Assembly (NCBI GenBank): GCA_964236955.1
Contig: CAXSGP010000040.1
Span: forward strand, 1-38,707
DNA: 38,707 bases
Direction: 5' to 3'
DNA from: an uncultured Oligoflexus sp.
GTDB taxonomy: Bacteria > Bdellovibrionota_B > Oligoflexia > Oligoflexales > Oligoflexaceae
In this document: in pieces, positions 28,975-38,442 of the stretch
Position numbering within the stretch: position 1 is the stretch's first letter
Layout of the letters: each line of letters opens with the position of its first letter
Position numbers and translations under genes: made by a program
The notes under the pieces: model-generated
The model's database searches: none
What the model was told of the DNA's origin: nothing
The model's input: only the letters and a program-made list of their open reading frames with translations

Positions 28975-29261
28975 GGAGTACCTCATCTGCAAATGTGTCC
29001 AAAGTCTTTGGACTAAAGCAAGAGCTATGCTTGAGAGGCCTAATTTTAAGACTTGAATTTAATAAGGAAAATTCATCAAGCAGCCAGCCTGTCATGATGT
29101 GGGGGTGGGACAAAACTGCAACAAGTGTAGGGCATTTCATACGGGCAGGGACTCGTGCTTTCGCTTTTATCTTCGCCCTTTCCCTCTACTATGACAAAGC
29201 CAAGGACAGCTTCCGGCAAACGCTCAGGGCCCAGTGTTGGTTAAGGCCAGACCGAGGCTGT

Positions 29262-29600
29262 TCAAAATCCTTCGAAAACACCTTTTTTTACGTTTTCACG
29301 CGCTTGGGCGACTTCATGGCGATCCCGCGTTTGGGACTCCCGATGGCGCATCGCATCGCGTTCACCGGAACTTGTGAACAGAGCTTTTTGCGTCGCTTTC
29401 TTAGAAACCTCGGATCGGACCAGGGCCTTATCACCGCCGTAGCTCACCGGGGCCTTGCGCATAACACGGCGATAGTCACCGGGATCGCCTTCACATTTAG
29501 GACAGGCCGCATTGCTATCCCATGCATTAAGCTCAGCTATTTTCATAATCGCGATATCTTCAAAGCCGCATTTCGTACATTCGATGTCATAGCTTGGAAT
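29262..29600 (-). CDS. FmdB-family zinc-ribbon protein, apparent ATT start
   Basis: GAGGT-N5-ATT CCA AGC TAT GAC ATC GAA TGT gives (M)PSYDIECTKCG...CPKC, the FmdB N-terminal pattern. Confidence 0.8.
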   Translation of the reverse strand: MPSYDIECTKCGFEDIAIMKIAELNAWDSNAACPKCEGDPGDYRRVMRKAPVSYGGDKALVRSEVSKKATQKALFTSSGERDAMRHRESQTRDRHEVAQARENVKKGVFEGF

Positions 29601-29679
29601 AGTCCACCTCAGGTTGAAGAGCCGTTGAGGCTGATCCTATCATAAAAGTGGGCAGGCGAGGGGATTTTGCAAAACCGCT

Positions 29680-30060
29680 TCAGGTACGAAAGCTAATGAG
29701 GTGCTAGCCTGACAGATAAAAACTTATCGGCCGAAAGTCCGATATATCTTCATCAAAGCGATAAAAGACCCGATGCAGGAGGAGAAACATGGCGCCATCC
29801 CTATAGGGCACAAAGCGCGGCGTACCTTTGTTCTCGTGGACTTCCTGCAGCACCCTTTGGGGGACATCAAGAAGCTGACCCGACGCCGAGAGTTCCGCTT
29901 CGCTGGGCTCAACCAAGTCGACCCAGATTTGTTCCGTGGTCTGCAATGCCATCTCAGGCGTCATGCCCGTCCCAAAGGCTTGGCCCTTAGAGCTGAAATT
30001 CAGTCCATCGAAAGTATAAACTGTTGCGGCCCTATACTGTGTGCCAGTCCTAAGCGTTAA
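29680..30060 (-). pseudogene. CorA-family Mg/Co transporter N-terminal fragment
   Basis: IWVDLVEPSEAEL...PRF...ISFYLSG*HLISFRT*. The TM helices and GMN motif are absent, and the SD is followed by TTA rather than a start codon. Confidence 0.7.
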
Positions 30061-30329
30061 GAATTCCTCTCAACCCTTTTCAAGACGCGTGATAAAAAAT
30101 ATTGAGACTCTTTGTATTATATTAACATGGAAAAGTCGGCAGGAATGGACACGGGCAAGGTTCGCCGGGCGGCTCTGTGAATTTAAAAAGTGAATTTCCT
30201 ATGAATTTGAGTTGCGACATAACCGCCTGCCACCAGCAGGTAACTTTTGCCGATCCGGCGGGAGCCTAGAGAGGAAGGTCGGGTAAGTCCAACTTTTCTC
30301 TCGCTCCCGAAAACCGTGAGCGCCAGGAA

Positions 30330-30551
30330 TCAGCGACGTAAATTATTTTTGCGAATCAGTTCCGCCTGTCTTTTTGCAAGGATGTTCATACCGAAACTCG
30401 CCTCTAGCCTTTTGAGGTCGTATTCCATTTCGTCCATAAGGGTACCCTTATGCCACATACGAGTCGTTTTGCGCCATGCTTTTGAAAAAAAGTCCAAAAT
30501 GGATCGATCGTCTGCAAAGGGGTCGAAATTCACCCTCGAAGTCTTCTGCAT
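30330..30551 (-). CDS. Small hypothetical protein
   Basis: GAGGAG SD; 73 aa, basic and helical. Confidence 0.65.
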   Translation of the reverse strand: MQKTSRVNFDPFADDRSILDFFSKAWRKTTRMWHKGTLMDEMEYDLKRLEASFGMNILAKRQAELIRKNNLRR

Positions 30552-30842
30552 AAAGGAAACTCCTCAAAAGGATAATGTTAGACGCGTTCGTTTCTTGTGA
30601 AGGATTTCATGGATTCCGTTCCAATCCGATAGGTTTCGCTTAGTTTGAAGGAATGGTCGAGTGCAAGTCATGAAATCTGGCGAAAAAATCAGTACTTTTA
30701 CGTAATTCTAAGCACGGACCTTTAGTTGGGCTGTCTTTAATTCATGCTTTTCCGAAATGAACATACGATTGAAAGCAGAAGCAGAAGCAGCAGCGATCCT
30801 GCCCCGAATGCAGAATTGCTGCTTAAACCGCTTGGGTCGTGT

Positions 30843-31628
30843 TTAACCGAGCGAGGACGCATAGCGCCTCAGTCCCAGTCGCCATAGAACCTGGTTGATT
30901 CCCAAAAACAAAAGCACCACAGCCATGACATGGAGCACCGACGCCCACCCGACCTGCTCAAAGAGAGCCTGCGCCGGAATGGATGCATATACAGAGAAAG
31001 GAATCACTGTCATAAGAAGGCCCCTAAGCAAACCTTTGAAAATATGATGCGGTCGCGAAGCAAAATTTACGCCTTCGAAATAAACCGCCATCATCGCGTC
31101 CGAACTTTCCCACCAGAACACAACCATCAGGAGGGAAAAGATCACCAGAAAATAGAGGAAGGCCGAAACCATCAGCAGGAGGATATAAACGGCGATGGCC
31201 CACCAGGGAAGGGAAGCCTGATAACGTAGGATTGCCCAGGTTAAAATAGATCCCGAAATAAGCACGTTTGCCAAAGATGCGAAGTTTATGTAGCGAAAGC
31301 CAACGAAAAACCACGAGGATATGGGTTTGGTCAGATAATGATCGAGAGCGCCCTGCCTATAGAGCATTTGAAACGAATGATACATGTCCGCGAAAAATGT
31401 CATCTGCAGGGCGTCGACTACCATGAAACCGCTGACAAAAATCATGGCCTGTTCTTCATTCCACCCGCCAAGGGCCGGGGTATGGCTATAGATAATTTTA
31501 TAGAAGCCTAAAAATATCGCATAAAAGGCCACATCCATCAGGATTCGAAAGCCCAGCTCAGCGCGAAACTGCATCGCGCGCGAGGCTGCAAAACGCATAA
31601 AATTGAGATAGATCCTTAGATAACGCAT
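30843..31628 (-). CDS. ABC-2 family exporter permease (DUF990-type)
   Basis: Multiple TM helices; GALDHYLTKP; C-terminal GLRRYAS. Confidence 0.9.
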   Translation of the reverse strand: MRYLRIYLNFMRFAASRAMQFRAELGFRILMDVAFYAIFLGFYKIIYSHTPALGGWNEEQAMIFVSGFMVVDALQMTFFADMYHSFQMLYRQGALDHYLTKPISSWFFVGFRYINFASLANVLISGSILTWAILRYQASLPWWAIAVYILLLMVSAFLYFLVIFSLLMVVFWWESSDAMMAVYFEGVNFASRPHHIFKGLLRGLLMTVIPFSVYASIPAQALFEQVGWASVLHVMAVVLLFLGINQVLWRLGLRRYASSLG

Positions 31629-31643
31629 CGCGTTTGCTCCCCC

Positions 31644-32450
31644 TTAAGCACCGATACCTGAATAATTTCGTACACCCATACGAAACACGAATTGACCGAA
31701 AGCCAAAAAAATCACGGTCCAAATCACGCCCACCGAAAGCCCCCAGAAAAAATCCGGCCAGGCCAGCTTTCCAAGCAGCGCCTCGGCCGGCAAGGCTGCA
31801 AGTATAGGGAAGGGCGTGTAGGAGAGGATCAACTGAGCCCAGCTTGGATAAAGACTCATAGGAATGAGTTGGCCTCCCAAAAGCATAATGAGGAAACTAA
31901 AAAGGACTAAGAGCGCCCAGATCTGCTCAAACCAAAAAGCCGAAGCCTGAATCGCTGACTGGATCACAAACCGAAGCCCTATGGACAGAAATACCAGGAC
32001 AAAAAACTGCACGATCGCCGTGAGCTGGGGAAGCGCCTGTTCCCCGCTTGACGTCGCTACCCAGAATATTCCCAGGGCAAGGGTGCCTTGAGCCAAACTC
32101 ATGAGCGAACTGCCCAGATGCATGGCAAAGCGAAAGCCAAAATAGGGAATCGGATAGACCAGATATTTATTGAGAGCCCCCGTATAAATATCGTCAGCCA
32201 TGCCTGCAAATTGTTCCGAATTCACCTGCACCTTGCGCAAGGTCGACGTAATCATCGTATAGAGGACAAGCGACCAGGTCGTATAACCTGCAAACCCCGC
32301 ACCACCCCGCGAATCGATCACCGCATTCCATAAAAACCAGTTCATCGACCCGACGATGCAAAGCTCGGCCAATAGGCTCATCCAAAAACTCCAGGGATAG
32401 GCAAGTCTGAGTCGCATCTGACCGCTCATGACCGATTGAAACCATTTCAT
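31644..32450 (-). CDS. ABC-2 family exporter permease (DUF990-type)
   Basis: DIYTGALNKYLVYP, GGQLIPMSLYP, GVRNYSGIG; ATGA overlap with the ATPase gene. Confidence 0.9.
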   Translation of the reverse strand: MKWFQSVMSGQMRLRLAYPWSFWMSLLAELCIVGSMNWFLWNAVIDSRGGAGFAGYTTWSLVLYTMITSTLRKVQVNSEQFAGMADDIYTGALNKYLVYPIPYFGFRFAMHLGSSLMSLAQGTLALGIFWVATSSGEQALPQLTAIVQFFVLVFLSIGLRFVIQSAIQASAFWFEQIWALLVLFSFLIMLLGGQLIPMSLYPSWAQLILSYTPFPILAALPAEALLGKLAWPDFFWGLSVGVIWTVIFLAFGQFVFRMGVRNYSGIGA

Positions 32451-33442
32451 GGCCGATGGCCCTCCTTGCGTGAGGTCTGGAGCGAGTCGATGATATTGGC
32501 AAGGTCCTCCTGCTCAACCGCAAGATCGGTGACCGGAGCAACCTTAAGTATAGCAAGCAGAGTTTCACTGACCGCATCGCGATTGATGTGAAGGCGCATC
32601 AGACCGGCCTGCTCCGGATCTTCACGCATCGCTGGATATTTCGCCAAGAGTATAGGCTTGAGCGCTTCGTCCTTGAGCTGCAGCTTTATATTGCGTCCCT
32701 GCGCATAGCTCTCGCTGATATTGGTGAGGCTTCCCTCATAGACAAGTTCCCCTTCGCGCAGGATCAACAGCCGTTCGCAGAGCGCTTCGACATCTTCCAT
32801 ATAGTGGCTGGTCAGTATCATCGCTGGCTTAAAGCTTCGGCTATATTCGCTTAAAAAAGCTCGAATCGCGCGTTGCGATCCTATATCGAGGCCTATCGTC
32901 GGTTCATCCAGAAAAATAACCTTGGGCTCGTGGATCAGGGCCGCCACGAGTTCAAATTTCATGCGCTCGCCAAGACTCAAGCGACGAATCTGAGTCTTCA
33001 AAAGCTTGCGCAGGTCCAGGGTATCGAGGAAAAAATCCAGTCGCTTTTGATAACTTTGCCATTCCAATCCGTAGATCTCCCGCAGCAGCAAAAGACTATC
33101 GGCGGCTGGCAGATCAGGCCAGAGCTGACTCTTCTGTCCCAGGACGATGGCGATCTGTTTTTTAAAGGCATTTTTACGCTCCCAGGGAATATAGCCTTGA
33201 ACCTGAGCGCTACCGGCACTGGGATGCATAATACCCGCCAGCATTTTGATCAAGGTCGTCTTACCGGCGCCGTTGGCTCCCAGTAAACCGATGATTTCCC
33301 CTGGCGCGACCTCAAAGGATATTGGTGCCAGCGCGTGGCGCTCGATCCAACGACGTTTGAAGAGCGAGCGCACCGATCCCATCAGTCCCGGATCTTTCTC
33401 GGGAATTCGGTAGGTCTTCTGCAAGTTCTGAACCTGGATCAT
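32447..33442 (-). CDS. ABC transporter ATP-binding protein
   Basis: Walker A GANGAGKT, signature LSLGE, Walker B IFLDEPT, H-loop TSHY; ATG 33442 after GAGGA. Confidence 0.95.
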   Translation of the reverse strand: MIQVQNLQKTYRIPEKDPGLMGSVRSLFKRRWIERHALAPISFEVAPGEIIGLLGANGAGKTTLIKMLAGIMHPSAGSAQVQGYIPWERKNAFKKQIAIVLGQKSQLWPDLPAADSLLLLREIYGLEWQSYQKRLDFFLDTLDLRKLLKTQIRRLSLGERMKFELVAALIHEPKVIFLDEPTIGLDIGSQRAIRAFLSEYSRSFKPAMILTSHYMEDVEALCERLLILREGELVYEGSLTNISESYAQGRNIKLQLKDEALKPILLAKYPAMREDPEQAGLMRLHINRDAVSETLLAILKVAPVTDLAVEQEDLANIIDSLQTSRKEGHRP

Positions 33443-33586
33443 ACAAATTATCCTCTTTACCAAAGCTTTATTTGGCAAACCCCTGAGTTGATACCTATCC
33501 CTAGATAATGACCGCCCAGTATTTCCTTGTCACTTGGGATTTGACTATGGAAAGCTCAGCGATGAATTTTAAATGGAGTCTTCATT

Positions 33587-34630
33587 ATGAAAAAAGCCAA
33601 AGCCTATGCCGCTCTTACTAAAGATACCCCGCTCGTAGCTTTCAGCTTTGAGCGCCGCTCGCCAGGACCTCTCGATGTCGTCATCGCCATTCAATACTGT
33701 GGCGTCTGCCACTCCGATATCCACCAGGCTCGCGATGAGTGGGGGGGCTCAATGTTTCCCATGGTTCCCGGGCACGAGATCGTGGGCAAGGTCGTAGAGT
33801 TGGGATCTCAAGTCAAAAAATTCAAAGTCGGGGATCTGGCCGGAGTCGGGTGTCTCGTCGATTCCTGTGGCGACTGTGAAGGCTGTCGCAGGGATCTGGA
33901 GCAGTTCTGCTATAGAGTTCCCTCAGGTACCTACAACAGTTTGGAACAGGATAAAAAAACACCGACCCAAGGTGGCTACTCCGATCTCATCGTTGTGAAA
34001 GAAAGTTTTTGTCTCAAAATTTCGCCAAAACTTAATCTCGCAGCCACTGCGCCGCTCCTCTGTGCCGGTATTACGACCTATTCGCCCTTGCGTCATTGGA
34101 ATGTGGGTAAAGGTCACAAAGTCGGCATCGTCGGCTTAGGTGGGCTTGGCCATATGGGAGTCAAGTTTGCAGCTTCTTTTGGCGCTCACGTCGTGGTCAT
34201 TAGCACTTCAGAAAGTAAACGCGAGGATGCTCTGCGACTTGGGGCCCACGACGTCATCATTTCCAAAAATCCAGCCGATATGAAAAAGCATAGTGGGAGT
34301 TTTGACTTCATTCTCGATACCGTCTCGGCCGAGCATGATCTCAATGCCCTGCTTAAACTTCTCACGATCGATGGTAAAATGGTCCTCGTCGGTGTGCCCG
34401 AAAAGCCAGCCCCCATTGCGGCCTTTGCGCTTATTGGCGGCCGAAAATCATTGGCTGGCTCGGCCATTGGCGGAATCAGGGAAACCCAGGAAATGCTGGA
34501 TTACTGCGCTGAGCACAACATCCTGTCCGAAATCGAAATGATACCCATTCAAAAGATCAATGAAGCCTACACGCGCATGCTCAATAACGATATCAAATAT
34601 CGTTTTGTCATCGATATGAAAACGCTCTAA
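33587..34630 (+). CDS. Zn-dependent NAD(P) alcohol dehydrogenase (cinnamyl-ADH/YahK-like)
   Basis: CGVCHSD, GHEIVG, structural-Zn CGDCEGC...C, GLGGLGH, YRFVID. Confidence 0.95.
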   Translation: MKKAKAYAALTKDTPLVAFSFERRSPGPLDVVIAIQYCGVCHSDIHQARDEWGGSMFPMVPGHEIVGKVVELGSQVKKFKVGDLAGVGCLVDSCGDCEGCRRDLEQFCYRVPSGTYNSLEQDKKTPTQGGYSDLIVVKESFCLKISPKLNLAATAPLLCAGITTYSPLRHWNVGKGHKVGIVGLGGLGHMGVKFAASFGAHVVVISTSESKREDALRLGAHDVIISKNPADMKKHSGSFDFILDTVSAEHDLNALLKLLTIDGKMVLVGVPEKPAPIAAFALIGGRKSLAGSAIGGIRETQEMLDYCAEHNILSEIEMIPIQKINEAYTRMLNNDIKYRFVIDMKTL

Positions 34631-34685
34631 GTTTTACCGTTGACAGGAGAGGCAGAGGGGAAGAGCAAGAGGAAATCGAACTGAT

Positions 34686-34718
34686 AAAAAATCTGGGGAA
34701 AATTCCCCAGATTTTTTT
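34686..34718. terminator. Bidirectional rho-independent terminator
   Basis: AAAAAATCTGGGGAA-AA-TTCCCCAGATTTTTTT between convergent genes. Confidence 0.9.
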
Positions 34719-34929
34719 CTTCAAGCTTTTAACCCTTGTGTGCAATTTTTATCTGGCAAAAAAGCCTGTTCCCCGCATAATCGGCTTCAACTTCGACCCA
34801 TGCTCATCCGTAAGCGGCAATCGCCGCCTGGCCGCAGGTGGTTGGGGTAGCAGAAAAATACGATTTTATTCTTTTTTTTCAATGTCTTATGGCAAACGTC
34901 AACAGTTCCTAAAAGGTCTCAAGGAAGAA

Positions 34930-36087
34930 TCAGCCCTTTAAAGGATTTTCTTCGATGATCTGTCGGGAAATGATCAGGCGCTGGATCTGATTGGTTCCTT
35001 CGTAGATTTGGAAAATCTTGGAGTCCCGCATCAATTTTTCAACCGGGTATTCCGAGTTGAAGCCGTAGCCGCCAAAAATCTGCACAGCGTTGACAGCGGT
35101 TTTCACCGCGATATCACCAGCAAAACATTTTGCCATAGAAGCGAATTTCGTGTTCCGACGACCCTTATCATGCTCATGGGATGCACGATAAACGAGCAGA
35201 CGAGCCGCTTCGATCTCTTGAGCCATGTCGGCAAGCATAAACGCCACAGCCTGGTGAGCGGCGATTGGTTTGCCCATGGTCTGGCGTTCCTGAGAGTAAC
35301 GCACGCAATGTTCAAACGCGCACTGGGCAAGGCCGACAGCTGCGATTGCAGTGCCAGGACGGGAAAGGTCAAAGGCCTTCATGGCGATCTTAAAGCCATC
35401 GCCTTCCTTGCCCAGCAGGCAATTCTTGGGAACTTTCACATCAGTAAATTTGATGGCGCGGGTATCGGAACAGCGCTGCCCCATATTCACTTCTTTTTTG
35501 CCGACCTGAATCCCGGCTAAATCAGTAGGGATAATGAAGGCGCACATTGCCTTATGACCTGCTTTTGGGTCGAGGGTCGCCAGCACATAATACCAAGAGG
35601 CTTTGGATGCGTTGGTAATCCACATCTTTTCGCCATTGAGCAAGTAGCCGTCGCCGTCTTTTTTTACTGTGGTGCGTATGGCCGCCACATCGCTACCCGC
35701 GTTGGGTTCGGTCACGCAGTAGGCAGCCATGACGGGCGCATTGACCATAGGCTGCGCAAAACGCTCGAACTGATCAGGATTGCCGGCAATCAGCAAGGGA
35801 CCAAGAGCCAAATCGTTAGCACCCATGGCCGTTTGAATGCCGGTACAGCCATAAGCCAATTCTTCGGCAATGATCATCTGGTCCATCATAGGCAAGCCCA
35901 TGCCGCCCACCGATTCAGGCAAAGATAGCGTGAGCAGGCCTGCTTCGTGGGCCTTTTTTAAAACAGCTGTCGGATATTCCATGGTCTGATCATGGTGAGC
36001 AGCTACCGGTACAATCTCTTGGCGACTAAATTTTCTGGCAGCTTCTTGCATGGATTTCTGCTGCTCGGAAAGATCAAAATTGATCAT
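34930..36087 (-). CDS. Acyl-CoA dehydrogenase, MCAD-like
   Basis: AYCVTEPNAGSD, KMWITN, NMGQRCSDTR, QIFGGYG, IYEGTNQIQR. Confidence 0.95.
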   Translation of the reverse strand: MINFDLSEQQKSMQEAARKFSRQEIVPVAAHHDQTMEYPTAVLKKAHEAGLLTLSLPESVGGMGLPMMDQMIIAEELAYGCTGIQTAMGANDLALGPLLIAGNPDQFERFAQPMVNAPVMAAYCVTEPNAGSDVAAIRTTVKKDGDGYLLNGEKMWITNASKASWYYVLATLDPKAGHKAMCAFIIPTDLAGIQVGKKEVNMGQRCSDTRAIKFTDVKVPKNCLLGKEGDGFKIAMKAFDLSRPGTAIAAVGLAQCAFEHCVRYSQERQTMGKPIAAHQAVAFMLADMAQEIEAARLLVYRASHEHDKGRRNTKFASMAKCFAGDIAVKTAVNAVQIFGGYGFNSEYPVEKLMRDSKIFQIYEGTNQIQRLIISRQIIEENPLKG

Positions 36088-36394
36088 GGATGCTCCTTTA
36101 TTAAAACGTCACGATCGCGTCTATAGGGTATGTGAGTCAAAGCACGAAGCGACTTATTGCTCTGATTATGGCAGCTAAGCCATTCTGTGTCAGGTACGGG
36201 GTAGAATTCTCCCACTACTTTGCCGTTCAAGGCAGCAATCATCCCGAAGAATGAATGTGGGATCAACCGTTCTTTTCTCGAAGTCTGTTCATTTTGGCTT
36301 CTTAGGCTCCCTTAGGAAGCCTCGGCAAAACTTTCTCCGTCGCGCCATGAGGCGGAAGTTCAACCCCTTTGGATATCGGTAATTTGTACTCATG

Positions 36395-36419
36395 AAAAAA
36401 GCCATCCCTAAGGATGGCT
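36395..36419 (-). terminator. Rho-independent terminator
   Basis: Minus strand AGCCATCC-TTAG-GGATGGCT-TTTTT. Confidence 0.8.
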
Positions 36420-36485
36420 CACGAACAATCGGGAGAAAAGGGCCATCCCCAATCCTGGCCAGGGCGTATCAGTACCGAGAAAAAT

Positions 36486-37577
36486 TTATTTGAAAGATTC
36501 CGTGGGAATATAGACAAAACTATTGGAACCGGGCGTCTTCCACTTTAATTCCAGGGCGATGCGAACCTTCGGGCCTTGAAAGTAGTCGAGGGAAAGCGCG
36601 TGATTGCCTTTTTTGATTCGAACCGTCTTTTCCTTGCGGCCGACTGTTGTCGAATCCAGAGGATCGCTCCCAAGCGCCTGGTGGGTGCCATCGTTATCGA
36701 TAACCAGAATGCCGTCGATATAAAGTTTCGCACCGTCATCCGAATTCAATTGCAGGACGTAGTCGCCATCGACAGGAATGATCAAGGTCGTCGTCGTCTG
36801 CAGGGCGAAGAATTCGAAAAGCCCAGGCACATCCGGAAACCCGGCTTCGAAGTTACGGGGTGCAACCGCGTACTTATCCATACAAACAGTCGTCACTTTC
36901 CTGGCCTCGGCGCTATTGGAAAAATCAGGCAGCCGGGTTGCCGAACTATTGATTTCAAACACGTCGGCTAAGATCGGAAATACCTTATTGCCCCGGGTGC
37001 AGCGCGAGAAAATCTGCTCGCCCGCTAGCACGGTAAGGACGGTCGAGGCAGTAACGCTGGGGTCAGAATTCAAAATTGCGGTGATCGTCACTGGAAAATC
37101 TTTGTCGTTTGTTTGGGGGCTGGTATAGACACCGTTTGGGTCGATGCTGCCAATATCGGTCTTAGCGGAGGGCCCTGAGATGACCCACTTGACTGAAGGC
37201 GGATCCACTTCATCCTTTAGGGTGGCGACGGCCGTAATCTTTTGTCCTCCAGGTTTGATTTCCGGCGAAGGCGTCGTGACGGTCAGGATAAGTTTTGCGG
37301 CCGTGGTTGGATTGCCCTGGCCGGGATCGCTGCCCTTGGAATTACCCGAACCAAGGGTTGGGACCGTATCAAGGTCAGGGACCACATCGGCACCCGGAAG
37401 GGGACTGGCGATCACAGGCTGCTCAACCGCTCCATCCCCTGAGCCCGTATTTGCTGAATCATCGCCTGAAAACTTTGAAGCCGAAACGTCATCGACGTTC
37501 TGAAACGATGCATTGCGACAGCTTACTGATGTAAGCAGCACCCATGCAGCTATGGATAATGTGAACTTAACTTTCAT
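36486..37577 (-). CDS. Lipoprotein with Ig-like and PA14 domains
   Basis: Lipobox SVSC; GSIDPNGVYTSP Ig-like segment; PA14 LNSDDGAKLYIDG...IDNDGTH...LDYFQGP. Confidence 0.9.
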   Translation of the reverse strand: MKVKFTLSIAAWVLLTSVSCRNASFQNVDDVSASKFSGDDSANTGSGDGAVEQPVIASPLPGADVVPDLDTVPTLGSGNSKGSDPGQGNPTTAAKLILTVTTPSPEIKPGGQKITAVATLKDEVDPPSVKWVISGPSAKTDIGSIDPNGVYTSPQTNDKDFPVTITAILNSDPSVTASTVLTVLAGEQIFSRCTRGNKVFPILADVFEINSSATRLPDFSNSAEARKVTTVCMDKYAVAPRNFEAGFPDVPGLFEFFALQTTTTLIIPVDGDYVLQLNSDDGAKLYIDGILVIDNDGTHQALGSDPLDSTTVGRKEKTVRIKKGNHALSLDYFQGPKVRIALELKWKTPGSNSFVYIPTESFK

Positions 37578-37613
37578 GCCGAAACCCCTCTAACGAGCAA
37601 TGCCCATACGCCC

Positions 37614-37641
37614 TTATCGGGCCTGCTCCCTTCAAACTTGA
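37614..37641 (-). promoter_or_regulatory. Sigma28-type promoter
   Basis: TCAAGTTT-N12-CCCGATAA, 36 bp before the PA14 gene start. Confidence 0.55.
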
Positions 37642-37863
37642 CCAATAGCGTTAGAAGTCTTGACTGGCCTGGGTTTTTGCCTAATTATTACAGTCAATAA
37701 GAATCGGCTGTTTTTATAGATTTCTGATCAGTTTTGGGAAAACCATTCCATTGCCGCAGGCTTAGGTCTGCCCTGGATCGGCAGGACCCATCCGGCGGCA
37801 TAGGCGGCTTGGTTTCCCCCGCTGTTATCCACTTTTATCTCCATTGTTCGGAAAGGATTGATT

Positions 37864-38442
37864 ATGAAAAATTTTACTCCAGCTTTATGCTTTTCCCTGG
37901 CCCTCCAAAGCCTTTGTCTTCTGCCGCTGGCAGGCTGTATCACCGAGGACCAGGAGCCGGCCCAGGAGACGGTGATCATCAAAACCGAAGACAGCGATAG
38001 TTCGCTGCCGCCCGAGGCCATCGCCGACCTTGGATCCGAAAACGTCACCAACCCAGTTATACCGGATAAAAAAGGCCCGGCCCTGACCCCTGACGATATC
38101 GAAGCAGATGCCGACCCCATGAAGATAGGCTTTGAAACCGCTAACTGGCAGTTGAGTGATGTTGCCAGGTCACGCATCAGGGATGTCGCGGAGACTTTAA
38201 AGAGCGACCCTTCCAAACACCTCAGGATCGATGGTCACTGCGATGAACGGGGATCGGATGGTTATAACCAAGCCCTTTCCGTGAAACGGGCGGAGACTGT
38301 CCGCAGGGAGCTGGTCCGGCTTGGGATCAATAAGAAAAGACTGAAGGCAACTGGTTTCGGGCGCCGCCGTACTCTGGTCAAAGGTCACAGTGAAAAGGTC
38401 TATTCGCACAACCGCCGCGTTGAAATGATTTTTGCGAACTAA
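37864..38442 (+). CDS. OmpA/Pal-family peptidoglycan-binding lipoprotein
   Basis: Lipobox LAGC; IDGHCDERGSDGYNQALSVKRA...NRRVE. Confidence 0.92.
   Translation: MKNFTPALCFSLALQSLCLLPLAGCITEDQEPAQETVIIKTEDSDSSLPPEAIADLGSENVTNPVIPDKKGPALTPDDIEADADPMKIGFETANWQLSDVARSRIRDVAETLKSDPSKHLRIDGHCDERGSDGYNQALSVKRAETVRRELVRLGINKKRLKATGFGRRRTLVKGHSEKVYSHNRRVEMIFAN

Noticed and set aside
28995..29645. 216-aa + strand ORF
   Set aside because: Antisense to the FmdB gene with no recognisable motifs; treated as a shadow ORF.
30774..30824. GCAGAA tandem repeat and imperfect hairpin
   Set aside because: Only two to three units; most likely the ABC operon terminator region, with no evidence of another function.
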